From: Guillardia theta CCMP2712
Lineage: Eukaryota > Protista > Cryptophyta
Length of the DNA: 64,000 nucleotides
Reading direction: 5' to 3'
Assembly (NCBI RefSeq): GCF_000315625.1
Contig: NW_005434662.1
Coordinates: 829,479 to 893,478 of the forward strand
Shown: positions 26,164-39,413 of the stretch, piece after piece
Position numbering within the stretch: the stretch's first letter is position 1
Layout: each line of letters begins with the position of its first letter
Notes under the pieces: model-generated
Told to the model about the DNA's origin: nothing
What the model saw: the letters and a program-made list of their open reading frames with translations, nothing else
Database searches by the model: none
Position numbers and translations under genes: made by a program

Positions 26164-27034
26164 TCACTTCTCTCCTCCCACCAGGTCTGCATGGAACCGT
26201 CCGACTCGCTTGTAGTTGTCGTTGCCGCTATCTTTCAGTATCTCTCCCTCCATGAACGCGTTCGGAATTCCCTTCCCTTGCTGTTAGTCTCCCAACACCA
26301 CCCGCATATGCCTTGCCTTGAGCGTCTCCTCCTCCCGGGCCGTGACGTCGCCGCGGAAGATGAAGGAGCCCTCGGCAGCTCTCAGCTTCCATCGCGCATT
26401 GAACTGGATCAGCCCTCCTTCAAACCTGCTCCTCGTCAGCTTCTACCCTGCCCCCTCATGCTCACCTGCTTGGTTTCATCCGCCATGGCCCTCGCACCGG
26501 CTTGTCAGGTCGGGTGCTCGAGTAGCAGTCGGAGGAAGTCAAAGTGACCTCTCCTCGGTTCGGCTGGTCGTACTGCCCTGTAAACTCCAAGTTTCCCCGG
26601 CATCCTCGTCCTCCCACGTCCTGCTGGAAGCGCCACACGCCCCGCATGGTCTTGAGCGGCATCGCCTGCTCGATCTGCTCCTGTCAGCGAGACCCCCAGC
26701 AGCATGCGCGTACCTGCTCCGCGTAGAATTGCGGCTCTAACGCCAATGCGGCATCGACATGGCTGTAGCAGAGAAGGAGGAGGGAGCAGAACACTGCCTT
26801 CCATGCACCCTGGGAGGGCCTGTGGCGACTAGCCTGGGAATCGAAGGAGGAGGAAGCGCAGGGGGAAGAGCATGAGAAAGGGGAGGAAGCGAAGGAAGCG
26901 ACGCCTGATCTAGATGTTGAGGTCGATGAGAGGAGAGAAGGTGGTTGATGCGGAAGAGGAGAAGTCGAGAAGGAGAAGGAGAAGCAGGCGTGCGGTAGCA
27001 GCACCAGGAGCGTCACATAGCCCAGGAGGGACAT
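26164..27034 (-). CDS. hypothetical protein with bipartite (signal + Ser-rich transit) leader, probably plastid/thylakoid-targeted
   Basis: MSLLGYVTLLVLLPHACFSF, then a Ser-rich stretch and a second hydrophobic segment ending DAALA; exons read through to LVGGEK-stop at 26164. Confidence 0.5.
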
Positions 27035-27113
27035 TTATAAAAGTCCCTGATTTGAGTTTGATCGGGCGTGGGGACGGGGAAGGGGAGGGGGACGGGAGTG
27101 AGTGCGAAACGGA

Positions 27114-28979
27114 ATGCGGGGAGCGGCCGTGATGGTCATGGTGTTGACAGTCGGCGTGGGATGGGCACTGGAAGAGGGAGGGATGAGAGAGGGAGAGGAG
27201 ACAAGGAGAGGGGAAGAGGAGGCACGAGGAAATCAAGGAGGAGTGTCCATGATGTTTCCGGTCTCTTGGATGGTAGGAGGAGGTGGACAGGAGCTGCGAG
27301 TGCTGGCGGACAGCGAGCCTCCTCTCTTGTTTGAAGTTCGCTGTGGGAAGAGGAGGGAAAACTGTTGCTTGGGCCATGACGGAAGACGATGGGAGATCTG
27401 GGTTGACGGCGGGCTGGCGGGTCAGGGTCAGGGTCGTCAGGTATTGGAGGTGAGCGCGGCTGAGGAGAGGCTGACCGCATGCTAGAGGAACAAGCTGAAC
27501 GTGAGCGTGACGAGCATGGGAAAGCACGCCATCGAGTGTCTGCTGCTGGAGGAGGAGAAGCTGCTGCACACATCCTCTACTGCTGTCTCCTTCGCCCCTG
27601 CAGGAGCCACGCCTCGTCTTGCCCTTCCCTCCGCCTTGGGCGACTTGCTCAGGTGGGGATCGGAAGACTTGTGGGCGGAGGAGGAGGCGCTGGAGAGGGT
27701 CCGAGCTCAATTCTTCGCCCTGTGGGACGCAGCATCACGTGAAGTCTGTCCGGATGTTGCCAACCGAAGCACATGCAGGGAGCATTCATGCTCGGGGCAC
27801 GGGAGGTGTAGCGATGCTGGTGTCTGTCTCTGTGTTGGGGATTGGTTTGGAGATATTTGCGACCATCATCCCTTCCTCAACAGCTCCTACCTCCCCCGCG
27901 AGCTTCACCTCTCCTCCCCTTCCACTTGTCCCGCCGTCGTCAAGTGGAGCATCGGGAGCTCCGGGCTAGTCGAACTTCTCGACCAGCTGCAGGCAAGACG
28001 GTGTGAGGAGAAGCATCCGCTCCTCCTCGACACTCTCGGCCTGGCTCTTGGCGGCCAGATCAACTTGGCGTCACTTGCCCTCGCGCACGCGCTCAATCAG
28101 AATCGCTCTTTCTTGTTGCACGGGAGGTGGCGATATGGCAGCCATGCCGGCTGCCTGCGACAGGGGAGAGCATGCTACTTTCAAGCGAAGCTTGCATGCG
28201 AGGAGGAGAGGCTGCGGAGCAACGGAGTTCGCGTGTGGCCCTTCAAGGATGGAGGAGCGGTGCTTGAGCACTTCAACACACGTGAAGTGAGGGGGGGGGT
28301 GGTGGCGGCGGGGAGGTTGAGGGTGCAGGGACTCTTCTGGTGGACGAGCCACCTCCTCGCCTACGTCACGAGACCTTCGAGCGACCTGGAGGCGAAACTG
28401 CGAGCACTGAGACTTCAGCTCAACTTCGCTCCTCCTCTCATGGGTCTTCACGTTCGCCATGGCGACGCCTGCGTGCACGCTGCGCAGTCGAACACGCGGC
28501 CGCTCTGCCGCCCTCTTGCTGACTACATCCCAGCAGTACTGAAGCTCCGTCGCACGTATGGTCTGGAGGCAGTGTTTCTATCCACGGACGACGAGGAGGT
28601 GGTGGAGGACGCGACTAGGTGGTTGGGGCGTCACGGCATGCGGGTGTTGCACCAGCCCCTTGACCGCAGCGTCTTCGAATCCTCGTGGTTTATCGAGCAC
28701 CGGATGGAGGCAGGTGCTCTCGACGCAGGCGTCATCACAGACAGCATGCTTCTCGACCTTCTCCTCCTCCGCGAGTGCGATGCCTTCGTGGGGACCCTCT
28801 CCTCGCAAATGTCTCGGCTCGCGCTCTCCCTCATGGCCCATCGCATCGGTGTCATCCCTCCCTTCGTTTCGGTCGAGGACATGCCATGGGGCTGCTGCTC
28901 GTGGGCTGGCGAGAGCCTCGAGCAGAAGGACGGCGAGGCAATGAGACGAGTGAGTTTCGGGTACAAGGAGCAACTGTAA
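27114..28979 (+). CDS. GT23 (alpha-1,6-fucosyltransferase/NodZ-like) glycosyltransferase with EGF-like domain
   Basis: GLHVRHGD, VFLSTDD, LLDLLLLRECDAFVGTLSSQMSRLA; EGF-like CSGHGRCSDAGVCLCVGDWFGDIC; N-terminal signal exon. Confidence 0.85.
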
Positions 28980-28992
28980 TCTCACGACGACC

Positions 28993-30375
28993 TCAAGCTG
29001 CCGAGGCCTTGAAGGTGGGGGCGATCTTGTCAAACATGGCGTCTGCTTCTGCTCGTCGCTTGAGGAGCGCACATCCAGGAGCAGCCTTGGAGAGCGTGTT
29101 GATATACCTTGAGACGACCTCCGGGGCCTTGCGAGTATGCTGGGAGCACACGACGAGGTTCTGAGGGAAGGGAAGAAAACGACGAGAGAGATCAATCGTC
29201 AGAGATGGGAGGAAGGACGTGAGCGAGACCTGAAGCGTTTGCACGTCGGTGGCACTCTTGGAGAGAGCCTTAAGGAGGTATTTATCCGCGTCCTCAAACT
29301 TGCCCAGATGCATCTGAGTGACGGCCATGCCGTTGAGGAGCAGAGGAGTCTCGTTGTACTTGTCGGCAAGCTCCTGTAGGAGGAGGATGAGGGGAAGAAA
29401 GAAACCTAGATCTCCTGCTGCTGACTCGCCTGAAAGATGTAGAAAGCCTCTTGTACCTTCTCTCCTCCAAGCGCAGTGTAAACCCATGCCTGTTTCCCTC
29501 ACCGTCAAGGAGCGACACTAGAAGGGTTTTCTGGCGTGATCACCGTTGTGAGCTGAGTCAGAGTCGCGTCGTCCTCCATGCGCGACATGAGACTGTCACA
29601 TGTGAGAAGAGAGCGACCGCAGCCTCATGTACCTGAGCGACTTCTCTGCGATATCCACACGAGACATGCGCAGGTACACCTGCCCATGCAGAATGAAATT
29701 ACATGGATGTTAAGCAGTGCGCGATAAGGGTTGGTCTCACTTGAACTTGCATCGAGACAATCTCAAGCGTGGTTGCCGAGTGCAAGACCTGCATCATCAT
29801 TGATTTCCCTTCCGGCAAGGAAAGCAAGGCACCTTGGCTGCTTGTTCCAGCTCCCCAAGATCGAGGTATATTATGCCAGCAACCAACTGAGGGGAGCGAG
29901 GGAGGACGATGCCGTCACTCGGTCACTGCTGCAGTGGTTTCAAGTATCGTTACCTGAAGTGTCGGGTTGTTGAGAGTCTGCGAGTCCGACAGCCACTCCA
30001 GCAGAGTCATCAGCACGATGTCCTTCGCGTCCTGAAGTCACGAGCCTTCAGCGCATGGCCCTCGCAGTCGTGTGCTCACACCGGCTTCGAGAGGTACGTC
30101 GACAACAGCTTCACTGCTTGCAGAGCTGTAGGAGCATCGTCCCCGATTTCCGACTCAACAACCTCATGCTGACCCAACGCGATGTATGACCTGTAAACCT
30201 GAAGATCCGCGTCAGCAGCTGCATCGTCCGAAGCCGGTCTACTCACGATGATATCTCTTTCTCGCTCATCAGCTGGCGAAGAAAGAACAAGATCGGGTGA
30301 TTGAGCTTCGTTGATCGCGCCTTGATAATTTCCGAGGTAAAACTCGTTTTTGATGGAGAAAAGGTCGTCAGACAT
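28993..30375 (-). CDS. COPE: coatomer epsilon subunit, multi-exon
   Basis: MSDDLFSIKNEFYLGNYQGAINEA, VYRSYIALGQ, LQAVKLL, TPLLLNGMAV..GKFEDA..LL.AL.K, NLVVCSQH. Confidence 0.92.
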
Positions 30376-31070
30376 CTGCTTGCAAGTTCGGGCAACCGTC
30401 AGCCATCGATTTTAGCAAGCTTCTTCAATAATCATCCTTTTTCTCGACTTTGTGTCACTCTTCTGCTTCCTTCCTCCATCTATAGCTTATCAGGAGAAGA
30501 AGACCGACGTTCTATTGCTTATTCCTCTTACCCAACTCCTATCTCCTCTCTACTATCCCTACCGGTCGCCACTCTACTCTCGCTCCTATCCCGCTCCCCT
30601 CTTCACCTCCCCTCCCCTCCCCTCCTTATCTGTCTCACTCTCTCCCCTCGTTCCTGGCTCCTCTCTCTCTCTCCTCCTTCGCATCTCCTGCCTCCCTCTC
30701 CTCCCTTCCCCTCCTCTGCTCCCTCGCGCTAGCTCGAGCCAGCTCATGAGCTGGCTGAACCGCGAATGCAATGAGCGGGGATGAGGGCTCTAGTTGTTTA
30801 GAATACCCCGCCTGAGGCGGACTCATCCGACACGCAAGAATCTCAGTGACTACTAGGCTATGCGGCAACGAAGGAAGGCACGGGCAGTAATGAAACGTTT
30901 CAAGTGAAGTTCACTGATTCACTTCCCTCTCTGGGTTATTAGAGCTCAATTGAAGTTACACACAAATTTGGTCGCCAGGAAGTTCAGACCTGATGGAAAA
31001 CCACCCAGTCACTCAAAGCAAAACACTGATCTTGACTGCATTCAAAAGAACAGAGCAATCCTCAGAAATC

Positions 31071-31349
31071 TCATGTAGAACGCGCAGCAACAGAAGCATT
31101 TGCTCCTCTATGGTCAAGAAATATATGTTTCATCATCGGATTTCTCGGTTCAGAGACAAGGACAACAAGCACTGAGACCAAGAGAAGACGTGCATACCTC
31201 TCAGCCATCAACCAAGCTTGTCTGACCTTCCATGCCTTATCGTAGGTCTCGTTCTCTCTCGGGTCTCGTGAGTCTCGGGTTCCTTTGGCCAATGCAAGTG
31301 CATATGTCTTGAGAACAGCATTATCTACATATGAATAATCGGCCATCAT
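31071..31349 (-). CDS. hypothetical protein (first exon; continues downstream)
   Basis: ATG-initiated ORF of ordinary composition; no family recognised. Confidence 0.3.
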   Translation of the reverse strand: MMADYSYVDNAVLKTYALALAKGTRDSRDPRENETYDKAWKVRQAWLMAERYARLLLVSVLVVLVSEPRNPMMKHIFLDHRGANASVAARST

Positions 31350-31427
31350 GGTTGATAGAATTGATGTCCTTGATTCAGGAGGGAAGTTGAAGTTTCGTGA
31401 CTGAAGAATAAGATGAAAACGATCAAA

Positions 31428-31990
31428 TCAGATGTTTTCTTCCCCTTCCTCCTCCTCTGCCTCGTCGCTCTCACTTTCCTCGAACGAGTCGTCATGAAGA
31501 CGGTTCTGGTTCACAAACAAGTCAGGGTCACTCCCTGACCCATCAGAGTCCTCGCCATCTTCTTCATCGTCACCCCTCACTGCTTGTGACGGCCTGCTCG
31601 ATGCCGCAGACCCTTCTTGTCTGGACTCAGTGCTATCAAATCCAGCTGGCCAACAGCTCAACTTTCTGAGGTGCTGAACTTGTTCAGGAAATAGGATATG
31701 AGAGATCGTCGCTGCTACTTTGCTCGATTCCTCCTTTGCGTTTGGGGCAACGATAAGAAAATCTCCCCTTTGAGCCCACACCACCTTGCTGAACTTTGCA
31801 GGAAGCCAACATAGTATGGTCTGCCCATCCTCACATTCGCACTCCATGGTATTTCCGCCTCGAGAACGAACCAGACGCACGATGAACTCGTTGTCCTTCG
31901 GTTCAGGAAAGCCATGCTCGGCTGTCAAACTTCACAACCATAAGTCAGGCGTTCAAACGAGGAGTAAGGTTCGGGTCATTACCGGACATG
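31428..31990 (-). CDS. EIF1AD: eIF1A-domain RNA-binding protein EIF1AD
   Basis: IVRLVRSRGGN..ILCWLPAKFSKVVWAQRGDFLIV..KVAATISHILFPEQVQHL..WP..DLFVNQNR plus acidic tail. Start uncertain. Confidence 0.85.
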
Positions 31991-32204
31991 CTTCGATACG
32001 AATTGACTTCTCTTTCCCATTGGAGTGCTTTAGTTCTGTAATTTTTCATGGTCAAGACTCAATTAAGAACTGTTGGCCATGCCGATCATGAATCGAGCAA
32101 CCTAAGTCTCTACCCTCAACAAATAGTACTTCACTACAAGGAGCATCAGTATCGGAGATGCATCCAGTCAGATGTCTGTGCCCCATCCCCTCTCTCCTAC
32201 CCTC

Positions 32205-32565
32205 CCTCGTCTTCTCCCTCTCCCTATCTCCCTCTCCCTCTCTGCCTCCCCCTCCCCCTCCCTCTGCCTCTCCCTGTCCCTGTCCCTGTCCCTCTGCCTC
32301 TGCCTCTCTGCCTCTCCCTCCTCTGCCTCTGCCTCCTCTGCCTCTGCCTCTCCCTGTCCCTCTGCCTCTGCCTATGCCTCTGCCTCTCCCTGTCCCTCTG
32401 CCTCTGCCTCTGCCTCTGCCTCCTCTGCCTCTCTGCCTCTGCCTCTGCCTCTGCCTCTGCCTCTGCCTCTCTGCCTCTGCCTCTGCCTCTGCCTCTCCCT
32501 CTCCCTCTCCCTCTCCCTCTCCCTCTCCCTCTCCCTCTCCCTCTCCCTCTCCCTCTTCCTCCTCT
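32205..32565. repeat. compound (CTCTGC)n/(CTCTCC)n microsatellite
   Basis: Hexamer runs visible. Confidence 0.9.
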
Positions 32566-32660
32566 CCGAGAAATGTTGGGCTGCATGGCCGCACGTGCCT
32601 GATTGACCCTCATACCCACTATGATCCCTCATTTCCGTTACACATACGGTACATCCAATC

Positions 32661-33630
32661 ATGGCAAGGCTGCGACAACTGAACGACTGCGTAAAACTGC
32701 GATGCAGTCCTGCCTCCCGGCCATCTCATCGACCGCGACTGCAGCTGCCAGACGGCCGCCCATCCCCCGCTGCCGGACCTCCATCCGCTCCAGCGCCGCC
32801 CGATGGCGCGGCGCCGCCGGGCCCGACTCGCCGAGTCAGACCGTCGACAACAGCAGCGATCGGACCTCGTCAGCTTGACCTGCGGGAACGAGTATCACGC
32901 GGATTGCTTGAAGCGCCTGCTCGAGTCTGCCGTCAATGACCACGAGCAGCAGCGAAGCGTCGGTGAAGTGCGACGGCTGCTTGTGCTCCTTTCAAGTTGC
33001 GAGCCTGGGGCGGGGAGGCTGGTACCTACCTTCCCATGGTATCGTCAAGTGCGAGTCACGGGTCGACTGAGTACCTCCTGCGCAGGCTCAGGCCCGCACT
33101 GCCACTAGCATGCTTTTAAGAAGTGGATGGTGAAGCAGTTGAACCTGAACCTTTCACCCCTGGACAATATGATCGCACGATTTTCGTTTTTGGTGAGTTG
33201 GACTTGTTTTGCGTTCTCCTTAATCATCTGACCTTGCGCTTCTTTGATCGCTTCTGTTCTACACCTGTACACTCACATGCTCTATACGCTCAGGAATGTC
33301 TTCCATTCTCTCCCTTGGACCTTGGAAATGCTTGTCCATGTCATCAAGGGGCTTCTGGCCTGACTTCTTCGCCATAAGTTCAAAGCTTTCTCATTCTTCC
33401 ACCTCCACTTAGTGAACTCTGTGAGCAACAGCTTGAAATGTCTGAGAGTATGTTTGCCACTACTTACGTTCTGATACAGGATGAAGGTACTACAATGCCT
33501 TTTCGACTCCTACATCGCCAACGAGCTTAGACAACAAGAAGTCCCTACAGGAGATCGCGGACGAGATTCTCAAACAGGTCGATCTCAAGACAATTGAGTC
33601 CATCAAGTCGAGTGAATCATGTAGTAACCC
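32661..33630 (+). CDS. hypothetical protein with partial RING-like motif, multi-exon
   Basis: LTCGNEYHADCLKRLL resembles a RING core; the rest is unassigned. Confidence 0.3.
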
Positions 33631-34588
33631 GCCCCCACATGCCTGCAGTTCTACCAACACATTAAATCTCATTCAAGGGGAGGGTTAATTCAAGGGGAGG
33701 GATAACGAGTGCGTGTTCAACAGAGATGTACTCGTTTCGCTGAACAAGATAGATGGCCATGATGTGTCTCAAGAACTTGTCGGCTCTTAAAAGACGTCCT
33801 AGTTGACCTCTCAGTAGTCTCCGTGCTCTAGTAGATGCCTCCGCCGACGTTCGAGAGCCACGAGTCGACAGAGCCTGTGTCTACAGGGGTGCTGATGGAC
33901 TTGAAGGGAGAGGAGCGGTCATCGAGGTCGTTCCACGCGTTGTAGTACGGGTCTGAAACTCTGCAGCCAACGAAGGTGTTGGACATCTGACCTGCAGAGT
34001 GCAAAAATCTCGCATCTCCTTCTGGCTGTTCCATGTCCAGATGTTGTTTTTCCAATTGTAGATACCAGCCCCGCTGTTGTACCCAGCAGCATTGAAGGTA
34101 GCCTCACCAGGAGGCTGACCGCCTCCGATGAAGGAGCGGCATGGCGGAGCAGCGACTGTTCGTGGCGACCTGCCTTTCCCTTTAAAAACGTTCCTAGGAC
34201 TCCCTACAAATATTTCCTAGAAGGCCTAAGACCCACTTTAGCTAAGGCCGAGGAAATACCGAAAAATCCCTAGGACCTCGGTAAAGGCTTCCTCTACCTG
34301 AGGTCCTAGCGGAGTGCCATACGGAAACCGAGTAAAAATACTCTTCTCGTCGCTGATATGGGGTGTGGGCCGTTACATATACGTTACATCCAGTCAACTG
34401 AGTTGTTTTGTCAACTGAAGGACTGACTGCCGCAATGCAGCAGTGGAAGAGCGGAAGGTGAGGGAGGGGGAGAAGAACTTGGGGGAGATGAGGAGCACAT
34501 TAGGAGATAATGGGACAGTAGAAAGGGAGGAAACATTACCAGGCTACGCCTCGAATGGAATTACTAGAGTTGGTTTGAAACGCCTTCG

Positions 34589-37565
34589 GTGTCTGATGCA
34601 ACTGTCAGGCTGCACATTGACTATGGAAGTTTGAGCGAACAATCGTCAAGCCCTGAAGCAAGCAGGGAAGCGTTTGAAAGACAGGTGTCGGTGATGCTTC
34701 CTCCTCGTCTGCAGCTCAAGTTCAAACCTCTTCCTCGCAAAGCACTGATCGAAGCCAACAATCTCTTGGTACCTGCCACTGTTCCTCCGCCTCTTTCTGA
34801 CCGTGAGAAGCTCTCAAGAGATGGGATGCCGTTCGTATCTCGTCATAGGTGGTGCGAAGTCCGTAAGACGGGAGAGATTGCATCGCTAGAGGAGGAGGAC
34901 TCTCTATCTCAGCCAGAAGTACGCGAGGCAGCTCGACCCTCCACTTCTCCTGATCGACGACGCGACGGCAGGGCTGCTCACCTTGCTTATCAGCGGCCTT
35001 TGAGACCAGCCACGGCGTTCATTGCTCGGCAACCCTCGGCGACGAGAGCGAGCAGACAGGACGTGGCTCGTTCGGCGGCCGACTCTCGGTCCTTGTTGTG
35101 CTTGCTTGTAGCTCAGCTCACAAGGTGGCAGAGAAAGGCGTTGCCATGCTCCAGCAGGACCTCCAGCAGCAAAGTGACTTGAAGTGACATGTTTGACTCG
35201 ACTGACCCTCTCCTTCAGCTCGCGCCCGGCTCCTTTCGCGTCGTCAGGCCCTCAGCGTCGTAACGCTCGGGAGAAGTCAGAGGTTCGAGCTAAACGATAT
35301 TGCGCAAGGTGATGGTAGGTGTGCGGCAGGTGCTGGGCGTCAGCGAGCAGATGAGGAGAGGCGAGGAAGGTGAGGGAACGACTTGACTTGCTTTCGCTTC
35401 CTCATCATGTCAACGGTAGGTCCTCAGACTCGTCGTCCGCCACTCGAGACTGTGGGACCAAAGATGTCGCAGGTGGCAATGAACTTATCGATGTTCGCGA
35501 TGATGAACAAAAACTATTGTGATGCCGTCAACAATGTGGGGGGACGATGAGATTGCGATGTATGAAAGAAGAAATTGCGATGACGGGGAGGCGGACAATA
35601 GAGGAGAATGAATTTGACCTCGCTTTTCACCCAGCACGAGTCTCGTCCGATGCAAGGTGTGGAACAAGATGGAAGAGACTTCATTGCGGCATGGTATGAT
35701 CGTCCCAGCATCAAGCATGCCTTTGAAGCCATTGGAAAGGTACCAACAGATCAAAATTTTGGAAGCAATAGGGTATAGCAGCACTAGTAAGGGCAGGCGG
35801 GCCTTGGAAGGAAGAAGTTGTAGTGACGAGAAGGAGTGCAATGGTATCAAGTGACGTTGACAATAGGCGGAGGAGATTCTTTCATGGATCAAGACCCTCC
35901 ATCATCCTCGTCCTTCCTCCTCTCGCACCACAGCAAGTCGTAACCGAAGACGTTCTCCTCCCAGGTCAGTGAGTCGAACTTGGGGCTACGGTTCTGTTCC
36001 TGCCCCGCAACCGCTCCAGGTGATGATTGGGAGGGGAGGAGGGAGGAGCTTGTCGTGACGCACTTGCACAGCTGGGAAGCCAGGTCACTGGCCGCCTGCT
36101 CTATCGCTCGTCTGTGGTGACTCGTTTCCTTTGTCAAACATCCCCCCGTTAATCTTCCGCGTGCGGCAGCCACCGCCGGCAACCGCTCCTCCTCGTCTGA
36201 GGAATCCTCTGGCGCGAGGAACGAGACCCCGGGGGCGACGTGAGCATCCGACTGAGACTGATGCATCTGACGATCGTCCAGCAGCCTCGTTTAAGGAGGA
36301 GATTCCCGTCCATCGTCTGCCGTCTATCGACATCCCTGGAGGATGGGATGCTGCTGCTCCTCCTGCCTCGCCTGCTTGTCGTTTACCAGCGTCTGCCTCT
36401 CACGCTCCTCACCTAGGACGCAGACCCTCGGCCTCCACGGCATGGCAGGCAAAAGCCTCCGATCCCCCTGCAGCAGAAGACCTTCAGCCTTTACCTCCCT
36501 CACGCCTGTCTGCCTCGGCATTTCCATCAGCACAAGGTCGACCTGTCGCCCATCAGCGATCAGCTACTCAAGGTTTGACATCCCGCCCAGATCCCCGTCT
36601 TCCCTTCCCTTTCTGCTAGTCATCGAGCTACTCATCCTCTTTTTTCTCTTTCTCGCTCCTCCTCCATTTCGCTCTTCCTCCTCCTCGCTCCTCCTCCTCG
36701 CTCCTCGTTCCTCCTCCTCCTCCTCCTCCTCCTTCCTCCTCCTCCTTATTCTTCCTCTTCTTTTTTGCTGTCATGGTTACATGGCTCATGATTCTTGTAT
36801 CGTATCACAGGACCTTGAGAAGTACGATTCCATGGCTGATCAGATCCTCGCCAAGTATGACACCTACTCGCAGTTTCCTTCTAGCTCCTCTCCCAAGGCA
36901 TGCTACTCTCCTTCCGTCTCCTATGCCCCCGACCTTTCGTGCTCCTTTGTTTCCTATTCCCCCCTCCCTTCCTCTCCTTTTCGCACTTTCCTTCGCTTTC
37001 TCCACCTGAAATCAGGCAGGAACCCACAAGCTCACACGGCACTCAAGACTACGAGGAAGTCGTTGACGAAATACTTTGGGAGAGTGCTGACCAAAATGCG
37101 AAAGCAAGCGGGGGGGGGGGGAGGGAGGAGGAGCAGGAGGAGCAGGAGGAGGAGGACATGAGTCCGAATGGGACTTGCCTTCCATCAAGCGAACCGGGAC
37201 CCGAGCCTGTCACTCACTGGTGGCAACAAAAAGAGCCAGAAGCTGTTTGCAGCCCGAGGGAGCAGGAGGAGCAGGAGGAGCAGGAGGAGGAGGAGGAGAG
37301 AGAGGAGGAGAAAGAAGAGGAGCCTGCATGCAGCAATGGTGAGGTGCTCGGGAGGATGGATATGAACGATGAAGAGGCAGAGCTGAGATTGGAGATAAAT
37401 TGGGAAGAGAGTTCGAGAGATCACGAGGAGGTCTGGCGAGGATTGATGGAACAAGGGCTTTTGATGCTGTCTCGCCTCCCTCCCGACGTTCTGGATCGGC
37501 TGATCGTCGACATAAGCAAAGGGGATAGCGCAATAGCAAGATATATCCGGTCCACATGCAGATAA
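34589..37565 (+). CDS. one or more hypothetical multi-exon low-complexity proteins
   Basis: ORFs 34589..35182, 36131..36619 and 36900..37565 with splice-like junctions; no family recognised. Confidence 0.3.
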
Positions 37566-37668
37566 ATGTGAGTTTGCAATGATGGTGATGACGATGTTGT
37601 AAATAGAAGGGTTGCTGAGGCCATCTTACAGCAACTAGTGTGTTTCTACTTCTCCAGTCATCGTTGCT

Positions 37669-38661
37669 TTATTTCTTGCTCATTCGCTTCACAAGCTCGT
37701 AGGCCGTGACAAACATGATGGACGACTGGACGCTCACGAGGGCTCGAGCTTCGACTCCCTTCAGCAGGCTTGTCAGTCCCTCCGTCCGCACCAGCTTGCG
37801 AAGGATGGAGAGGAAGTCGGAGCTGCGGTGCTGTCCCTCGCTAAGCTGCATCCTAGTCTTAACCACGTCGAACGGGTTTGTCAGGTAGACTGCAAGCACA
37901 CCAGCCAGCCCCCCAGCTGTTGCCTCTTGCGCCATTCGCCAGCCCTTGCCCTGTGCTGGCATTCGCTGAGCCAGTTGCGACTTGAAGTGAATGTAGGCTG
38001 CCCACCATACCGAGTTGTAGGGAGCATGAACCAGCAGCGAGGCCCCGAAGCCCCTGTAGAAGCCTCTCCATCCTTCCTTTCTCCACGTCTCCTTCACCAC
38101 GCGCATCAGCGGAGGGGTCGCGGAGTATGACCCATCCTTGCGCCGACTCATCATCTGCTTTTGCGCCAACACCTCAACAGGCACGGAGACGGTGTGGGAG
38201 ACAAGAGCTGCCAAGGCTCCAGCGGCTGAGTTGCAGAGGAAGTCAAAGCCTGAGAGGACCAGCGAGTCTGTTTGCAGCCTCATCAGCTCATGCCTAGACA
38301 CCTCCAACACCGTGTTGTCCAGCTGCATGGCTAAGATGCCAACACAACCGACGCCGAAGCCTTTGAAGAGCGAGCGAATGCCTTCATGCCGCGACATCTT
38401 CTTGAAGGCGTCGAACGTGCCGTCATAAACAAGGTCCGCGTTGAGGCGATGCGACGCTCTCACTGGCATCTTGAGGCTGCGCATAGAGTGCAAAGAGGCT
38501 GGGACGGCATGCGGAGCCGCTGGCTCCAACTGCATCTGCAACCTCGTCTTGACCACCCAGAAGGGATGGGTAGGAATGCGGATGAGGAGGAAAGCAGCAT
38601 ACCCGAACGAGTAGTACCTGACTTTATCAATGTCTTGCCACGAAACCTCGTCAGTTTGCAT
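37669..38661 (-). CDS. mitochondrial carrier family protein (SLC25A44-like)
   Basis: Three Px[D/E]xxKxR-type repeats (PFWVVKTRLQ, PVEVLAQK, PFDVVKTRMQ); EVSWQDIDK N-terminus typical of the SLC25A44 group. Confidence 0.9.
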   Translation of the reverse strand: MQTDEVSWQDIDKVRYYSFGYAAFLLIRIPTHPFWVVKTRLQMQLEPAAPHAVPASLHSMRSLKMPVRASHRLNADLVYDGTFDAFKKMSRHEGIRSLFKGFGVGCVGILAMQLDNTVLEVSRHELMRLQTDSLVLSGFDFLCNSAAGALAALVSHTVSVPVEVLAQKQMMSRRKDGSYSATPPLMRVVKETWRKEGWRGFYRGFGASLLVHAPYNSVWWAAYIHFKSQLAQRMPAQGKGWRMAQEATAGGLAGVLAVYLTNPFDVVKTRMQLSEGQHRSSDFLSILRKLVRTEGLTSLLKGVEARALVSVQSSIMFVTAYELVKRMSKK

Positions 38662-39413
38662 TGTGTGTTATGAGGATTGAGATGAGGTGTTGAGGAGATC
38701 AGCTGACGATGAGAGGCAGGTGAACACGTAGAAGTCTTCGAATCTTGAAGAAACGGATGCAGGCGCACAGGATCCCGATCATATCCTCCTCCTCCTCCTC
38801 CTCCTCCCTTCCTCCCTTCCTCTCTCCTCCCAAGCCTTTGCCACCGTCTGTCTCGTCTTTCTAGAAATTCTCCTTTGCCCCGGTACCCCTCTTACGTATG
38901 TTCCAAGCTTCGTGACAAGGGGGTAGGGTACATTGGTCCTTTCAAGTTTGCCGCACCCGGGGTGACGGCGGCGGCGGGCCCCGCGCGCGGCGGCCGGCCG
39001 GCGTAACGGCCCGGTGTCCGCGTGACCGCCGAGTCTACTACGTCTACTGAGAATCCCCAGTCACCCGTCACTCTCTTATTAGTATCATCCGAAAAAGAGG
39101 TGATAGTCACGTCGAGATGGCGAGAGGGATGACTATGTTCACTGACTTTTCGTCTCTCTTAAGTAGCTGTCCTAGGCAATATTGTTTCTTAGGAAATTAG
39201 ATTACTTACTTTTCTTTATCTCTAACGTCGGTTTAGAATAAAGTACCGTTGGTTTGTGCATTGCGGTCGCGCGCTTGCTCTTTCAAGTTTGGTTTCTTGA
39301 CGGGATCACTTCGTGTGTCGACACTAGGTTGAGAGATACTTGTAGGAAGTTTTCATAACATTTTGGTACGCGAAGGCCTGGTTTTCCTCTCGGAGTTGTT
39401 GTGTTGAAAGAAG

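Noticed and set aside
32048-32682. Dipeptide-repeat ORFs (also 6776-7357, 11414-11929, 42075-42702, 43342-44013)
   Set aside because: Microsatellite translations with no coding evidence.
33828-34143. Possible small minus-strand gene
   Set aside because: Short fragments with no recognisable motif; needs transcript data.
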